Assembly (NCBI GenBank): GCA_003220935.1
Contig: QHTT01000068.1
Span: 24,500 to 88,499, forward strand
Source of the DNA: Gemmatimonadota bacterium
Lineage (GTDB): Bacteria > Gemmatimonadota > Gemmatimonadetes > Gemmatimonadales > GWC2-71-9
Direction: 5' to 3'
DNA: 64,000 bases
Positions 1 through 11,337 of this stretch are shown here, piece by piece. Every line of letters starts with the position of its first letter. The first letter of the stretch is position 1. A program made the translations under genes and the position numbers. A model generated the notes under the pieces. That model saw only the letters and a list, made by a program, of their open reading frames with translations, made no database searches and was not told the origin of the DNA.

Positions 1-245
1 ACCGAGTCGAGCAGGAATTCGAGCCGCTCGGCTTTCCCACCGAGGGGCGCCCGTTCCGTCCTCACCTCACGCTCGGTCGCGCGGGCCGGGAAGCCCGGCC
101 GCGCGATTTCACGGGACTGGAAGCGGCGCTCGGCGCCCTGCAATTCGCGGAGACGCTCGTCATCGAGTCGGTGGACCTGATGCAGAGCACGCTCCAATCC
201 GGTGGTGCGGTGTATCACGTGAGACACAGTGAACGGCTGTCTTAA
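1..245 (+). CDS. thpR: RNA 2',3'-cyclic phosphodiesterase / 2'-5' RNA ligase family (ThpR/LigT), C-terminal fragment; 5' end outside window
   Basis: Frame 3 is absent from the ORF track because no start lies in the window. It translates to ..FEPLGFPTEGRPFRPHLTLGRAGRE..VDLMQSTLQSGGAVYHVRHSERLS*, with the second H-x-T-x (HLTL) motif of 2H phosphoesterases. Stop TAA at 243-245. Confidence 0.5.
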   Translation, partial: RVEQEFEPLGFPTEGRPFRPHLTLGRAGREARPRDFTGLEAALGALQFAETLVIESVDLMQSTLQSGGAVYHVRHSERLS

Positions 246-893
246 AGGCCTCGTGCGGCTCGGCTGCCTCGCCATCGTTCTGGTGGCGGCGCTCGCGGCT
301 TGGTGGTACCGCGAGCAGATCCTGCACACGGGGGCGCGCTGGTTCGGCCCTCGTTCCACCAGGCTCCCCCCGGTCGCCGACACCGCGGTGGGCGCCCCGA
401 CCCCGAAGGCCTTGTCCAGCAGCCAGACGAAGATGGACCGGCTGAAGCGACCGAGCGCCCCAGACTCGGTGGTGCTCTCTGCCAACGAAGTCGCCGCCAT
501 GATCGGCAGTGGAATCGACTGGAGCGTGCGGAAGAGCTTCGACTCGTTACGGGTGGAGCTCTTGGAAGGTACGGTCGCTGTGTACTGCCGGCTCGACACC
601 CGCGTGATCCCGCGGGACGCGTTGGGCCCGGTCGCAGGGTTCCTCAACCCGATGGAGCCGTTGCGGATCGCGGGACCGCTCAGCATCGAGCGGCCGGGTA
701 TCGGGCGCTTCAAGGTCCAGGAGCTGACCCTGCGCGGCATCGCGTTCCCCGGTCCCGTGGTGGCGCAGCTCGCGCAGCGGATCGCCGGCGCCGACTCCAC
801 CGGCGCCGTGCCGCTGCGCGTCTCCCCCTCCTTCACGGACGTGGCCATCCATCCCACGGGAATCGTTCTGTACCGCACCAAGCGGGGGAAGTC

Positions 894-897
<4 letters not shown>
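229..897 (+). CDS. hypothetical membrane-anchored protein
   Basis: Track ORF with GTG start and an N-terminal hydrophobic helix (LVRLGCLAIVLVAALAAWW). Third-codon positions are GC-rich. Its stop overlaps the next gene's start (GTGA at 894-897). No family recognised. Confidence 0.55.
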
Positions 898-2281
<1,384 letters not shown>

Positions 2282-2282
<1 letters not shown>

Positions 2283-2779
2283 TGGCGGGGATCGAGAAGG
2301 ACAAGGACTGGGACAAGGAGATGGCCGAAGTCGACCGGCTGCTCAAGAAGCTGCCGCTCGCCGACCCCACGCTCGGCCGCGCGGCGGGAGGGGAGCCGAC
2401 GGCGAGGCGGCCCGCGGTCCCTGGAGGAGGGGGCACGCCAACCAGCCGGGCCCTGGCGCCGGGCGGCGGCGGACGGCTCGGCGCGTGGGTGAAGGTGGGT
2501 CTCGCCGTGCTGATTGGGATCGGGATCGCTCCCGGGATATGGCCGTACACCCATGGCTGCGGTCTGCGGCTGATCTTCTACCTGTTGGGCGTCTCGACGG
2601 TCATCGCTACCGGCCTGTGGGCCAGCGTCGCGTCGTGGAGGCGGCGCATGGGGTTCGCGCACGTCGTGTCGCAGATCCTGATCATCTGGGGAGTCCTGCT
2701 GCTGACCCGTGAAGTGCTGCCGCGCGTTGGCGCCAACGCGGCGGCCCTGTGGCTGTGTCCGGACGTGGGGCCCAAATGA
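2282..2779 (+). CDS. hypothetical integral membrane protein
   Basis: GTG start overlaps the regulator's TAG stop by 1 nt (TAGTG) and is preceded by GGGAGGTG. The C-terminal half has 3-4 hydrophobic helices (WVKVGLAVLIGIGIAPGIW, LIFYLLGVSTVIATGLWA, VVSQILIIWGVLLL). Confidence 0.55.
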
Positions 2780-2792
2780 CGGTCGCACGACT

Positions 2793-4283
2793 ATGACCGA
2801 GCATTTCCAGAATTTCATCGCCGGCGAGTGGGTGGACCCCACAACGGGCGCCTATTTCGAGAACCGCAACCCCGCCGACCGGGACGATGTGATCGGCTGC
2901 TTCCCGCGATCTGGCCCCGAAGACGTGCGGCGTGCCGTCGCCGCGGCGCAGCGCGGCTTCGCGCAGTGGTCGAAGACCCCCGCGCCGCTGCGCGGCGACG
3001 TGCTGCACCGGGTCGGGGATCTGCTGGTTCAGCGCAAGGACGACATCGCGCGCGCCATGACCCGGGAGATGGGCAAGGTTATGGCCGAGACGCGAGGGGA
3101 CGTGCAGGAGGGGATCGACACCGCGTACTACGCCCACACGGAAGGCCGGCGGCTGTTCGGGCGCACTGTTCCCTCCGAGCTGCGCAGCAAGTGGGCGATG
3201 AGCTACCGGCGGCCGATCGGAGTTGCGGGACTCATCACCCCGTTCAACTTCCCGCTGGCGATTCCGACATGGAAGATGTTTCCAGCCTTGCTGTGCGGGA
3301 ACGCGGTGATCTTCAAGCCGGCGGAAGACGTCCCCCACACCGCGCACCTGCTCGTGGAGATCCTGCTCGAGGCGGGGCTGCCGCCCGAGGTCGTGCAGCT
3401 GATCCACGGCGAGGGCTCCGTCGTCGGCAAAGCGATGGTCGAGCACGCCGAGGTCCCCGTCATCTCCTTCACGGGGTCGACCGAGACCGGGTCGATCATC
3501 GGCGCAACCTGCGGCAAGATGCACAAGCGACTGTCCCTCGAGATGGGGGGCAAGAACGCCATGATCGTGATGGACGACGCCGACCTGGACCTGGCGCTCG
3601 ACGGCGTGCTGTGGGGCGCGTTCGGCACCACCGGGCAGCGCTGCACGGCCACGAGCCGCCTGATCGTGCACGAGAAGGTATACGACAGGTTCGTGCGGAT
3701 GGTCTGCGACCGCGCCGACCAGCTGCGGCTGGGGCCCGGACTGCGCGACGACACGGACGTCGGGCCACTCATCAACGAGGATGCACGCAAGAAGGTCGAG
3801 TACTACGTCGGGGTGGGGCAGGAGGAGGGAGCGCAGCGCCTCATCGGCGGCGAACGGCCTTCGGACCAGGGCCTGGAGCGCGGTTGGTTCTACCGGCCGA
3901 CGGTGCTGGCGGGGGTGAAGCCCGGCATGCGCGTCGAGCAGGAGGAAATCTTCGGCCCAGTGCTCTCGGTGCTCAAGGTCGGCTCCCTCGCCGAAGCGAT
4001 CCGCGTCAACAACGATGTGCCATATGGCCTCTCGAGCTCGCTCTACACCCGGGATGTCAACGCCGCGTTCCGAGCGATGACCGACCTCGACACCGGGATC
4101 ACCTACATCAACGCGCCCACTATCGGCGCCGAGGCCCATCTCCCGTTCGGCGGTGTGAAGCAGACCGGCAACGGGCACCGCGAGGGGGGGTGGGAGGTGT
4201 ACGACTTCTACTCGGAGACGAAGGTCGTCTACGTCGATTTCTCCGGAAAGCTGCAGCGCGCGCAGATCGACACGGAAGGCTGA
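2793..4283 (+). CDS. NAD(P)-dependent aldehyde dehydrogenase family protein
   Basis: Track ORF 2709..4283; homology begins at ATG 2793 (MTEHFQNFIAGEWVD). Catalytic Glu context LEMGGKNA, catalytic Cys context GQRCTATSR, and EEIFGPV and PFGGVKQTG motifs are present. Confidence 0.9.
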   Translation: MTEHFQNFIAGEWVDPTTGAYFENRNPADRDDVIGCFPRSGPEDVRRAVAAAQRGFAQWSKTPAPLRGDVLHRVGDLLVQRKDDIARAMTREMGKVMAETRGDVQEGIDTAYYAHTEGRRLFGRTVPSELRSKWAMSYRRPIGVAGLITPFNFPLAIPTWKMFPALLCGNAVIFKPAEDVPHTAHLLVEILLEAGLPPEVVQLIHGEGSVVGKAMVEHAEVPVISFTGSTETGSIIGATCGKMHKRLSLEMGGKNAMIVMDDADLDLALDGVLWGAFGTTGQRCTATSRLIVHEKVYDRFVRMVCDRADQLRLGPGLRDDTDVGPLINEDARKKVEYYVGVGQEEGAQRLIGGERPSDQGLERGWFYRPTVLAGVKPGMRVEQEEIFGPVLSVLKVGSLAEAIRVNNDVPYGLSSSLYTRDVNAAFRAMTDLDTGITYINAPTIGAEAHLPFGGVKQTGNGHREGGWEVYDFYSETKVVYVDFSGKLQRAQIDTEG

Positions 4284-4301
4284 GCGTCGGTCCCGCGACA
4301 C

Positions 4302-4319
4302 CCCCAGCGGCGGCTGGGG
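4302..4319 (+). terminator. short GC hairpin downstream of aldehyde dehydrogenase (possible terminator, no U-tract)
   Basis: CCCCAGC-GGCG-GCTGGGG: 7-bp stem, 4-nt loop, about 20 nt after the stop at 4283. It is followed by CCGCATCC, not a T-run. Confidence 0.3.
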
Positions 4320-4351
4320 CCGCATCCAATCGCACCTGTCGGCAACAAAGT

Positions 4352-4367
4352 GGTGACGCCCATCACG
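4352..4367. promoter_or_regulatory. CRP/FNR-type palindrome GGTGA-N6-TCACG
   Basis: Sequence ggtgaCGCCCAtcacg in the 4284-4648 gap, 8 nt upstream of the GTG at 4375. Same half-sites as the site at 21366. Confidence 0.4.
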
Positions 4368-4374
4368 CCAGGCG

Positions 4375-4638
4375 GTGTTAGGCTGCGCGCCCGTGGGTCA
4401 CGAGTCTTTGGTGATCGTCCTTTCAGCCGGGGGCTCGCCGCTCGACGGCGAGTCGCTCGGTGCCCTCGCGGACGCGTCGGTGGTGTGGGTGCGGGTGGAG
4501 CGCGAGGGGAGCGCCGCGTGTCTCGCCGCCCGGGTGCGGCACGGCGACCCGCCGGACGCCTTTCGCGACCGCGTCCGCCGGTGGGGAGCCGCCCGGGGGT
4601 GGGCGGTGACTGTTGCTTCTCGCTGCCGCCTTGGCTAA
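4375..4638 (+). CDS. small hypothetical protein (87 aa), possibly a gene remnant
   Basis: Track ORF with a GC-rich third-position bias through its middle. It fills the gap between the aldehyde dehydrogenase gene and lepB. No motif recognised. Confidence 0.3.
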   Translation: MLGCAPVGHESLVIVLSAGGSPLDGESLGALADASVVWVRVEREGSAACLAARVRHGDPPDAFRDRVRRWGAARGWAVTVASRCRLG

Positions 4639-4648
4639 AGTAAAAGCC

Positions 4649-5419
4649 ATGCATGAGTTGGGGGCCCTCAGGGCAGGTTCCAGCGCGCAACCCGCGCCTG
4701 TGCCCTTCGCCCCCCCCGAGAAGCGCCGGTCCACGCTGGCGCGGTGGTTCGACAACTGGATGCGATCGCTGGGCATGGCGCTCGTGCTCTTCCTCATCAT
4801 CCGCACCTTTCTCATCGAAGCGTTTCAGATTCCGTCGGGCAGCATGGAGCGCACGCTGCTCGCTGGCGACTTCCTCTTCGTGAACAAGGCGGTCTACGGG
4901 GCGCAGATCCCCGGTACGAACGCCCGCCTCCCCGGGTTCGAGTCGCCGCGCCGCAGCGACATCATCGTCTTCGCCTATCCGAAGAATCCGGAGCTGAACT
5001 ATGTGAAGCGCGTCATCGGCGTCCCCGGCGACCGGGTCGAGATGCGGGCGGGCGAGGTTCGCGTGAACGGCAAGCCGCTGGCGGAGCCCTACGTCCAGCG
5101 GGTCGATCCGGGGCACGACGTGTCCGACCCGGAATTCAACTGGCAGAAGGACTACCTCATCGGCGGCGCGGCCACCCTGCGGGCCTACCGCCCGACGCGC
5201 GACACCTGGGGACCACTGCTGGTGCCGCCGGGCAAGTTCTTCGTGCTGGGTGACAACCGCGACAACTCCGCCGACTCGCGCTACTGGGGCTTCGTGGACG
5301 CACACGCGGTGAAAGGCCGGCCGCTCGTGGTTTACTTCAGCTACGATCGGGAAGCGCACGATGCACTTCCCTGGCTGACCGACATTCGCTGGCGCCGGCT
5401 CGGCTCGGTCATCCACTGA
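4649..5419 (+). CDS. lepB: signal peptidase I (S26 family)
   Basis: Catalytic Ser context IPSGSMERTL, Lys context YVKRVIGVPGD, and GDNRDNSADSRYWGFV box. ATG 4649 is chosen; TTG 4613 (track start) is the alternative. Confidence 0.9.
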   Translation: MHELGALRAGSSAQPAPVPFAPPEKRRSTLARWFDNWMRSLGMALVLFLIIRTFLIEAFQIPSGSMERTLLAGDFLFVNKAVYGAQIPGTNARLPGFESPRRSDIIVFAYPKNPELNYVKRVIGVPGDRVEMRAGEVRVNGKPLAEPYVQRVDPGHDVSDPEFNWQKDYLIGGAATLRAYRPTRDTWGPLLVPPGKFFVLGDNRDNSADSRYWGFVDAHAVKGRPLVVYFSYDREAHDALPWLTDIRWRRLGSVIH

Positions 5420-5520
5420 GCGGCCGGTGAAGGGGGAACCCCGCCACGCTCCGCGCCGTCGGTGCGGCGGGCCATACGATACGGTGCGGCGTCGTGCAGG
5501 CCCGGGAGGGTGATGCGGCC

Positions 5521-6306
5521 ATGCAACTGAACACGGCGAAACGTGCCTCGTTCGATGAGGGATCGCTCGACCAGTATCTCCGCGAGATCAGCCAGTACCC
5601 GTTGATCACCCGTGAGGAGGAAGTGGCGCTCGCGCAGCGGATCAAGCAGAGCGATCCCGAGGCGCTCGACAAGCTGGTGCGCTCCAACCTGCGGTTCGTG
5701 GTGTCGGTCGCGAAGAAGTACCAGAATCAGGGTGTCTCGCTCTCCGATTTGATCAACGAGGGCAACCTCGGCTTGATTCGCGCCGCCCACAAGTTCGACG
5801 AGACGAAAGGGATCAAGTTCATCTCGTATGCGGTGTGGTGGATTCGCCAGGCGATTCTTTCGTCGTTGGCGCGTCAGGGCCGGACCGTGCGCGTTCCGCT
5901 GAATCGTACCGAGATCGCCGAAGGCATGGACATCTCCGAGGAAGAGGTCGCCAAGACCCTCTCCATCTCCCAGGCGCACCTCTCCCTCGATGCGCCGCTC
6001 ACACCGGGCGAGGACAACAAGCTGCTCGACTATCTCCCCGACACGCAGAACCCCGGTCCCGACGACGAGATCTTCGAGCACGCCCTCACCGAGTCGATCG
6101 AGGAAGTGCTCGCGACCCTCAAAGACCGCGAGGCCAAGATCCTGCGTCTCTATTTCGGCCTCGAGGGTCAGGAGCCGATGACCCTCGAGGAAATCGGCTC
6201 GCTGCTCGGCATTACGCGGGAGCGCGTCCGACAGATCAAAGAGAAGGCGCTGGCGCGGCTCCGGCATGTGTCGCGCGCCCGCGCGCTGGAAAGCTTCCTG
6301 TTCTAG
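5521..6306 (+). CDS. rpoD: RNA polymerase sigma-70 family factor, short RpoD/SigA type (Bacteroidetes-like)
   Basis: Region 1.2/2 (LDQYLREISQYPLITREEEVALAQRI, NLRFVVSVAKKYQNQGVSLSDLINEGNLGLIRAAHKFD, FISYAVWWIRQAI) and region 4 (MTLEEIGSLLGITRERVRQIKEKAL) are present. ATG 5521 gives an N-terminus colinear with short SigA proteins; the track start is GTG 5494. Confidence 0.85.
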   Translation: MQLNTAKRASFDEGSLDQYLREISQYPLITREEEVALAQRIKQSDPEALDKLVRSNLRFVVSVAKKYQNQGVSLSDLINEGNLGLIRAAHKFDETKGIKFISYAVWWIRQAILSSLARQGRTVRVPLNRTEIAEGMDISEEEVAKTLSISQAHLSLDAPLTPGEDNKLLDYLPDTQNPGPDDEIFEHALTESIEEVLATLKDREAKILRLYFGLEGQEPMTLEEIGSLLGITRERVRQIKEKALARLRHVSRARALESFLF

Positions 6307-6333
6307 GCCCGGGGCGGGTAGATTTACCGCCCT

Positions 6334-6837
6334 ATGGCCGGCTTGGCTTCGTTCGACATCTCCACCGGCGCCGACCTCCAAGAAGTCGATAACGCCGTCA
6401 ACCAGACGGCCAAAGAGGTCGCCCAGCGCTACGACTTCAAGGGGTCGAAAGCCTCCGTCGCTTTCGACCGCACCAAGGCCACGCTCACCCTCGTGGCCGA
6501 CAACGATTTCAAAATGAAAGCGCTGCTGGACGTGCTGCAGTCGAAGCTCGTCAAGCGCGGCGTGCCCGTGAAAAACCTCGAGCTCGGCGCGGTCACCCCG
6601 GCGGCGAACGACACCGTGCGCCGCGAGATCACACTCACCCAGGGGATCCCGCAGGACAAGGCCAAGGTCATCGTCAAAGCCATCAAGGACAGAAAGTTCA
6701 AGAAGGCACAGGCGTCCATCCAGGGCGCCGAGATCCGTGTGCAGGCACCCTCCAAAGACGAGCTGCAGGAGGTGATCGCGTTCCTCCGCAGCCAGGACTG
6801 GGGCATCGAGCTCAGGTTCGGGAACTACCGCGGATGA
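6334..6837 (+). CDS. yajQ: YajQ-family nucleotide (c-di-GMP)-binding protein (UPF0234)
   Basis: SFDISTGADLQEVDNAVNQTAKEVAQRYDFKGS.. matches the YajQ signature over the full length. About 165 aa, typical size. Confidence 0.85.
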   Translation: MAGLASFDISTGADLQEVDNAVNQTAKEVAQRYDFKGSKASVAFDRTKATLTLVADNDFKMKALLDVLQSKLVKRGVPVKNLELGAVTPAANDTVRREITLTQGIPQDKAKVIVKAIKDRKFKKAQASIQGAEIRVQAPSKDELQEVIAFLRSQDWGIELRFGNYRG

Positions 6838-8150
6838 AGCTCGGCGTCATCTCTCTCGGGTGTGACAAGGCGACCGTCGATTCCGAGCGGCTCGTGGGCG
6901 AGCTCGTGGGCCACGGCGCCGTCGTCACCCCCGATCTCCCGCACGCCGACGTCATCCTCGTCAACACCTGCGGGTTTATCGACGCCGCGAAGCAAGAATC
7001 GATCGACGCGATCTTGTCAGCCGCAAGCCTCAAGGCGCAAGGCACCGTGAGGGCCGTCGTTGCCGTCGGCTGCCTGATCCAGCGGTACAAGCACGAGCTG
7101 CAGCAGGAAATTCCGGAGGTCGATCTCTTTCTCGGATTCTCCGACCTGCAGCACCTCGTGCCGGCCCTCGCCGAGCGCGGGTTGATTACCGACCCGGTCG
7201 CGAGCCACCCCGGCGTCCGGCAGTTCCTCGGAGACACGCCGCACGTGCGTTATCTCAAGATCTCCGAAGGCTGCGACCACACCTGCGCCTTCTGTGCGAT
7301 CCCGCTGATGCGCGGCAAGCACCGCTCCGAGCCGCTCGCGCGCTTGGTGCACGAGGCGCAGCAGCTCGAGGCGCAGGGGGCGAAGGAGATCAACCTCGTC
7401 GCCCAGGACCTCGGCCACTACGGCCGTGACCTCGGGCCGGGCGGCGCCAAACTCCCCGACCTGCTGCAAGCGTTGCTGCGGGAGACCTCCGTGCCGTGGT
7501 ACCGGCTCCTCTACGTGTATTCGGCCGGCCTGAGCGAGCGGCTGGTGGATCTGATCGCGCGCGAGGAGCGCATCGTCCCGTACATCGATATGCCGATCCA
7601 GCACGCTTCGGACCGGATCCTCGGGCGCATGCGGCGCCCGGAGCGGCGGCAGTCGCTGCGCCAGAAGCTCGGCTGGCTGCGTGGGGCGATCCCGGATCTC
7701 GCGGTTCGCACCACCTGTCTGGTGGGCTTTCCGGGCGAGACCGACGGCGACTTTCGTGAGCTGCTCGCCTTCCTCGAAGAGGCGCAGTTCGACCGGCTCG
7801 GCGCCTTCGCCTACTCGCCGCAGGAAGGGACGCGCGCCATGCAGTACGAGGACGACGTGCCCGAGGAGGTGAAGCGGGAGCGTCTCGAAGAGCTGCTCGA
7901 AGTACAGCGCGCGATTTCGGCGGAGCGGCTCGCCCGGTTCGTGGGACGGGAGGCGGATGTGCTGGTGGACCGGGTCGCCGATCCCGACGAGGGCGGCGCC
8001 ACTCATGTTGGGCGCGTGGCGTGGCAAGCCGACGACGTGGACGGGGTCACCTACGTGGAGCGAGGCGGCTGGGCCGACGTGGGGAGCTTCGTGCGGGTGC
8101 GCCTCAGCGCGAGCGAGGACTACGACTTTCGAGCGGTCGCGCTGACGTGA
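6834..8150 (+). CDS. rimO: ribosomal protein S12 methylthiotransferase
   Basis: N-terminal UPF0004 domain ([13 protein letters not shown]), radical-SAM CxxxCxxC ([11 protein letters not shown]) and a C-terminal TRAM domain. ATGA overlap with yajQ. Confidence 0.9.
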   Translation: MKLGVISLGCDKATVDSERLVGELVGHGAVVTPDLPHADVILVNTCGFIDAAKQESIDAILSAASLKAQGTVRAVVAVGCLIQRYKHELQQEIPEVDLFLGFSDLQHLVPALAERGLITDPVASHPGVRQFLGDTPHVRYLKISEGCDHTCAFCAIPLMRGKHRSEPLARLVHEAQQLEAQGAKEINLVAQDLGHYGRDLGPGGAKLPDLLQALLRETSVPWYRLLYVYSAGLSERLVDLIAREERIVPYIDMPIQHASDRILGRMRRPERRQSLRQKLGWLRGAIPDLAVRTTCLVGFPGETDGDFRELLAFLEEAQFDRLGAFAYSPQEGTRAMQYEDDVPEEVKRERLEELLEVQRAISAERLARFVGREADVLVDRVADPDEGGATHVGRVAWQADDVDGVTYVERGGWADVGSFVRVRLSASEDYDFRAVALT

Positions 8151-9433
8151 CCCGGTCGGCGGAGCTGTTCGACCGGGCGAAGGCGGTGCTGCCCGGCGGA
8201 GTCAACTCGCCGGTCCGGGCGTTCCGTGCCGTGGGCGGAACGCCCTTTTTCGTCGCGCAGGCGCATGGCGCGTGTCTTACCGACGTGGACGGCACGACCT
8301 ACCTCGATTATGTGTGCTCGTGGGGCCCGTTGATTCTGGGACATGCCCACCCCGCGGTGCTCGACGCGATCCGGCATGCGGTAGAGCGCGGCTGGAGCTA
8401 CGGCGCGCCGTGCCCGGCCGAGGTCGAGCTCGCGGAGCTCGTGCGGCAGCGGATGCCGGCGGTCGAGATGGTGCGATTCGTGAACTCGGGCACCGAGGCG
8501 ACGATGGCGGCGGTGCGGCTCGCGCGCGCCGCGACGCAGCGCGACGTCATCCTCAAGTTCGAGGGCTGCTATCACGGCCACGCCGACAGCTTTCTGGTGA
8601 AGGCGGGGAGCGGCGTCGCGACGCTCGGGCTCCCCGACAGTCCCGGCGTTCCCGCACCGCTCGCCGAGCTCACGCTCACGGTGCCGTTCAACGACTTGTC
8701 CGCCGTCGAGGCCCTGTTCGGGCGCCGCGGGAAGGAGATCGCCGCCGTCATCGTGGAGCCGTACGTCGGCAACGCGGGCTTCATTCCTCCCGAGCCCGGA
8801 TTCCACCCGGCGTTGCGCGCGCTGTGCGACCGCTACGGGTCGCTGCTGATCTTCGACGAGGTGATGACCGGCTTCCGAGTGGGGCCAGGCGGCGCACAGC
8901 AGCGGCTCGGCGTGCGTCCCGACCTCACCACGCTCGGGAAGATCATCGGCGGCGGGATGCCGGTCGGCGCGTACGGCGGACGCGCCGACTTGATGAGGAT
9001 GGTCGCGCCCGAGGGGCCCGTATACCAGGCTGGCACGCTTTCGGGGAACCCCGTGGCGATGGCGGCCGGGCTCGCGACGCTGCGCGAGACCGAGCGCTCA
9101 GGTTTCTACGACACGCTGGAGCAGCGAACCGCGCGGCTGGTGGCGGGTATAGGGGACGCCGCGCGGCGGCACGGCGTGCCGGCGAGCGGGGGCCACGCCG
9201 GCTCGCTGTGGGGCGTCTATTTGACCGCCGGGCCCGTGCGGAACTTCGCGCAGGCAAAGGCGTCGGACACGGACCTGTTCGCCCGGTGGCACCGCGCCGC
9301 GCTGGCGCGGGGTGTGTTGCTCGCGCCGTCGGCCTTCGAGGCGGGCTTCGTCTCCAGCGCACACACGGATGCGGACATCGACTTCACCATCGCACAACTC
9401 GACGCAGCGCTGGGCGAGGCACGGGCTCGCTAG
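8147..9433 (+). CDS. hemL: glutamate-1-semialdehyde 2,1-aminomutase
   Basis: Track ORF 8021..9433; homology starts at GTG 8147 ([28 protein letters not shown]). PLP-lysine region [20 protein letters not shown] overlap with the rimO stop. Confidence 0.9.
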   Translation: MTRSAELFDRAKAVLPGGVNSPVRAFRAVGGTPFFVAQAHGACLTDVDGTTYLDYVCSWGPLILGHAHPAVLDAIRHAVERGWSYGAPCPAEVELAELVRQRMPAVEMVRFVNSGTEATMAAVRLARAATQRDVILKFEGCYHGHADSFLVKAGSGVATLGLPDSPGVPAPLAELTLTVPFNDLSAVEALFGRRGKEIAAVIVEPYVGNAGFIPPEPGFHPALRALCDRYGSLLIFDEVMTGFRVGPGGAQQRLGVRPDLTTLGKIIGGGMPVGAYGGRADLMRMVAPEGPVYQAGTLSGNPVAMAAGLATLRETERSGFYDTLEQRTARLVAGIGDAARRHGVPASGGHAGSLWGVYLTAGPVRNFAQAKASDTDLFARWHRAALARGVLLAPSAFEAGFVSSAHTDADIDFTIAQLDAALGEARAR

Positions 9434-10652
9434 CCTCCTCGCCCTCGCCGCCGCGGCCTGCCCGCGGCCGCCGCACCCTACAACGGTCACGCCCGGTGCC
9501 GAGCCAGAGCTCCGGATCGGACTCGCGGTCGGCGCCTCGAGCGTCACGCTGGGGGGCGACGGGGAGCTGTTCGTCACCGACGATGGGACCGGGGCGCCGC
9601 TCGGCTCCATCCCGGCCGGCGCGTCCTGGACCGTTGTCCCGGATACGGGCGGCCTGCGCGTCGTCCAGCCCGACGGCTCCCGGAGCGAGCGTCACGCGGG
9701 TATCTCCGCCGTGAACGTCACGGAAAGCCGCTTCGCGATGGTGGGCGGCCGCCGTTACCGCGGCCGTGTCAACGTTGTGCGGGACGGCTCCGGGCTGACC
9801 CTCCTGAACCGGGTGCCGGTGGAGAGCTACCTCGCGGGCGTGCTGGCAGGTGAGATCGGCATCCGGCGCAACGACGAGGAGCAGGCGCTGCTCGCCCAGG
9901 CAGTCGTCTCGCGCAGCTTCGCCCTCAAGAACCGCGGCCGCTGGGAGGCGCTCGGGTTCGACGCGTGGGCGGACGTCCGCGACCAGGTCTACAACGGCGT
10001 CGCGGGCGAGACGCCCGAGGTGTGGAGCGCGGTACGCCGCACCGCGGGCGAGGTGCTCGAGTACGACGGGGAGATCATCGAGGCCTACTTCCATTCCACT
10101 TGCGGCGGCAGCACCGCGGCGGTCGAGGAGGCGTTCACCACGGCGCAGAGCCGCCCCTACCTGCGGCCGGTCTCCGATGCGAGCGGCCGCGGGCACTCCT
10201 ACTGCGACCTCTCGCCGCGGTTCCGGTGGCGCGAGGAATGGGACAGCGCGAAGCTGCGCGCTATATTGTCGCGGACGCTCCCGACCGTGATGCATGTTGG
10301 CGGCGACGGCCTGCAGCGCATCACTGACGTGGCGGTCAGCCGCACCGGTCCTTCGGGGCGCGTCGGCGAGCTCCGCATCGTGTTCGAACATGGCGACATC
10401 CGCGTGCCTGGGCCGGACGTGCGCGCCGTGCTGCGGCCGGAGTCGGGTCGGCTGCTGCAGAGCACGGCGTTCCAGCTGTCGGTGACGCGCCAGGACGGAC
10501 AGGTCACACGGCTCGTCGCGGCAGGCGCGGGGTCGGGACACGGCCTCGGACTGTGCCAGTGGGGCGCGGTGGGCCGAGCGCGCGCGGGCCAGGAGTATCG
10601 AAAAATCCTCACCACGTACTTCCCGGGGACGACCGTTGAGCGACTCTACTAG
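9369..10652 (+). CDS. SpoIID/LytB domain-containing lipoprotein
   Basis: [17 protein letters not shown] and [11 protein letters not shown] motifs of the SpoIID family. ATG 9369 gives a signal peptide with lipobox LALAAAAC. The track start 9312 is an alternative. Confidence 0.8.
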   Translation: MRTSTSPSHNSTQRWARHGLASLLALAAAACPRPPHPTTVTPGAEPELRIGLAVGASSVTLGGDGELFVTDDGTGAPLGSIPAGASWTVVPDTGGLRVVQPDGSRSERHAGISAVNVTESRFAMVGGRRYRGRVNVVRDGSGLTLLNRVPVESYLAGVLAGEIGIRRNDEEQALLAQAVVSRSFALKNRGRWEALGFDAWADVRDQVYNGVAGETPEVWSAVRRTAGEVLEYDGEIIEAYFHSTCGGSTAAVEEAFTTAQSRPYLRPVSDASGRGHSYCDLSPRFRWREEWDSAKLRAILSRTLPTVMHVGGDGLQRITDVAVSRTGPSGRVGELRIVFEHGDIRVPGPDVRAVLRPESGRLLQSTAFQLSVTRQDGQVTRLVAAGAGSGHGLGLCQWGAVGRARAGQEYRKILTTYFPGTTVERLY

Positions 10653-11337
10653 AGCGAGCGGGCGCGCAACGGTGCTCGGCCGAGTGCTGGTGCTCAGTGT
10701 CCTGGTGTCCGTCAGTCCGCCGGTCCGTCTGACCGCCCAGGGCCTATTCAATCAGTTCTCTTCCGAGAACTTGAGACTCAGCGCCGTGCAGCTCGATCTC
10801 GGCCCGCTCGGCGGCAACAACATCCGGGGCACGCTCACCGGCGGCGTGCGGCTCGACTACGGCTTCATCGCCCCTAAGGTCCGCGTGCTGCTCGGTCTCT
10901 CCTACTTCCACGCCGACCTGAGCTCGGAGGCCCTGCGACGCTACGCGGAGGGACTGCGCCGCGTCGTGAACGATCCGGACTCGAACTACACCATCCAGCT
11001 GGGTGACATCACCTGGAGCGACCTGACGGGCGACCTCGACCTCCAGTACGTCATGCCGCAAGGCCATGCCGTGACGCTGTACCTGGGGCTCGGAGTCGGC
11101 ATTCACCTCCGCAACGGCAGCGGCAAAGCGATCGACGGCACGTTCGTGGAGGACGCGCTGGACCAGATCACCGCCGGGGGGAACGGCACGATCGGGGCGG
11201 AGATCGGCGCGAAGCACTGGCGTGTCACGGTGGACGCGCGCGGCGTGCTGTCGAGCGGACTCTCGACAGTGAGTCTGCGCACCGGCGTGATGTATCGCTG
11301 GGCGGGGGTCGGCGGCCGGAGATCGACCAACCGGTGA
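10636..11337 (+). CDS. hypothetical outer-membrane beta-barrel-like protein
   Basis: Signal peptide ends ..RLTAQG. Alternating hydrophobic beta-strand pattern and an aromatic C-terminal region (LRTGVMYRW). GTG 10672 is an alternative start. Confidence 0.55.
   Translation: MSDSTRASGRATVLGRVLVLSVLVSVSPPVRLTAQGLFNQFSSENLRLSAVQLDLGPLGGNNIRGTLTGGVRLDYGFIAPKVRVLLGLSYFHADLSSEALRRYAEGLRRVVNDPDSNYTIQLGDITWSDLTGDLDLQYVMPQGHAVTLYLGLGVGIHLRNGSGKAIDGTFVEDALDQITAGGNGTIGAEIGAKHWRVTVDARGVLSSGLSTVSLRTGVMYRWAGVGGRRSTNR

Noticed and set aside
300-893. N-terminal extensions of many track ORFs (for example 300..2282, 8021..9433, 11795..13867, 24800..26986, 32543..36259, 38808..42149, 42487..43497, 47926..48843, 60730..61893)
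   Set aside because: Homology begins at internal starts that abut or overlap the upstream gene's stop. The extensions overlap real genes in other frames and read as Arg/Pro-rich junk.
2682-4325. 547-aa minus-strand ORF antisense to the aldehyde dehydrogenase gene
   Set aside because: Its product is Arg/Pro/Gly/Ala-rich with no recognisable motifs, the typical shadow ORF of GC-rich DNA. The plus strand carries an unambiguous full-length aldehyde dehydrogenase.
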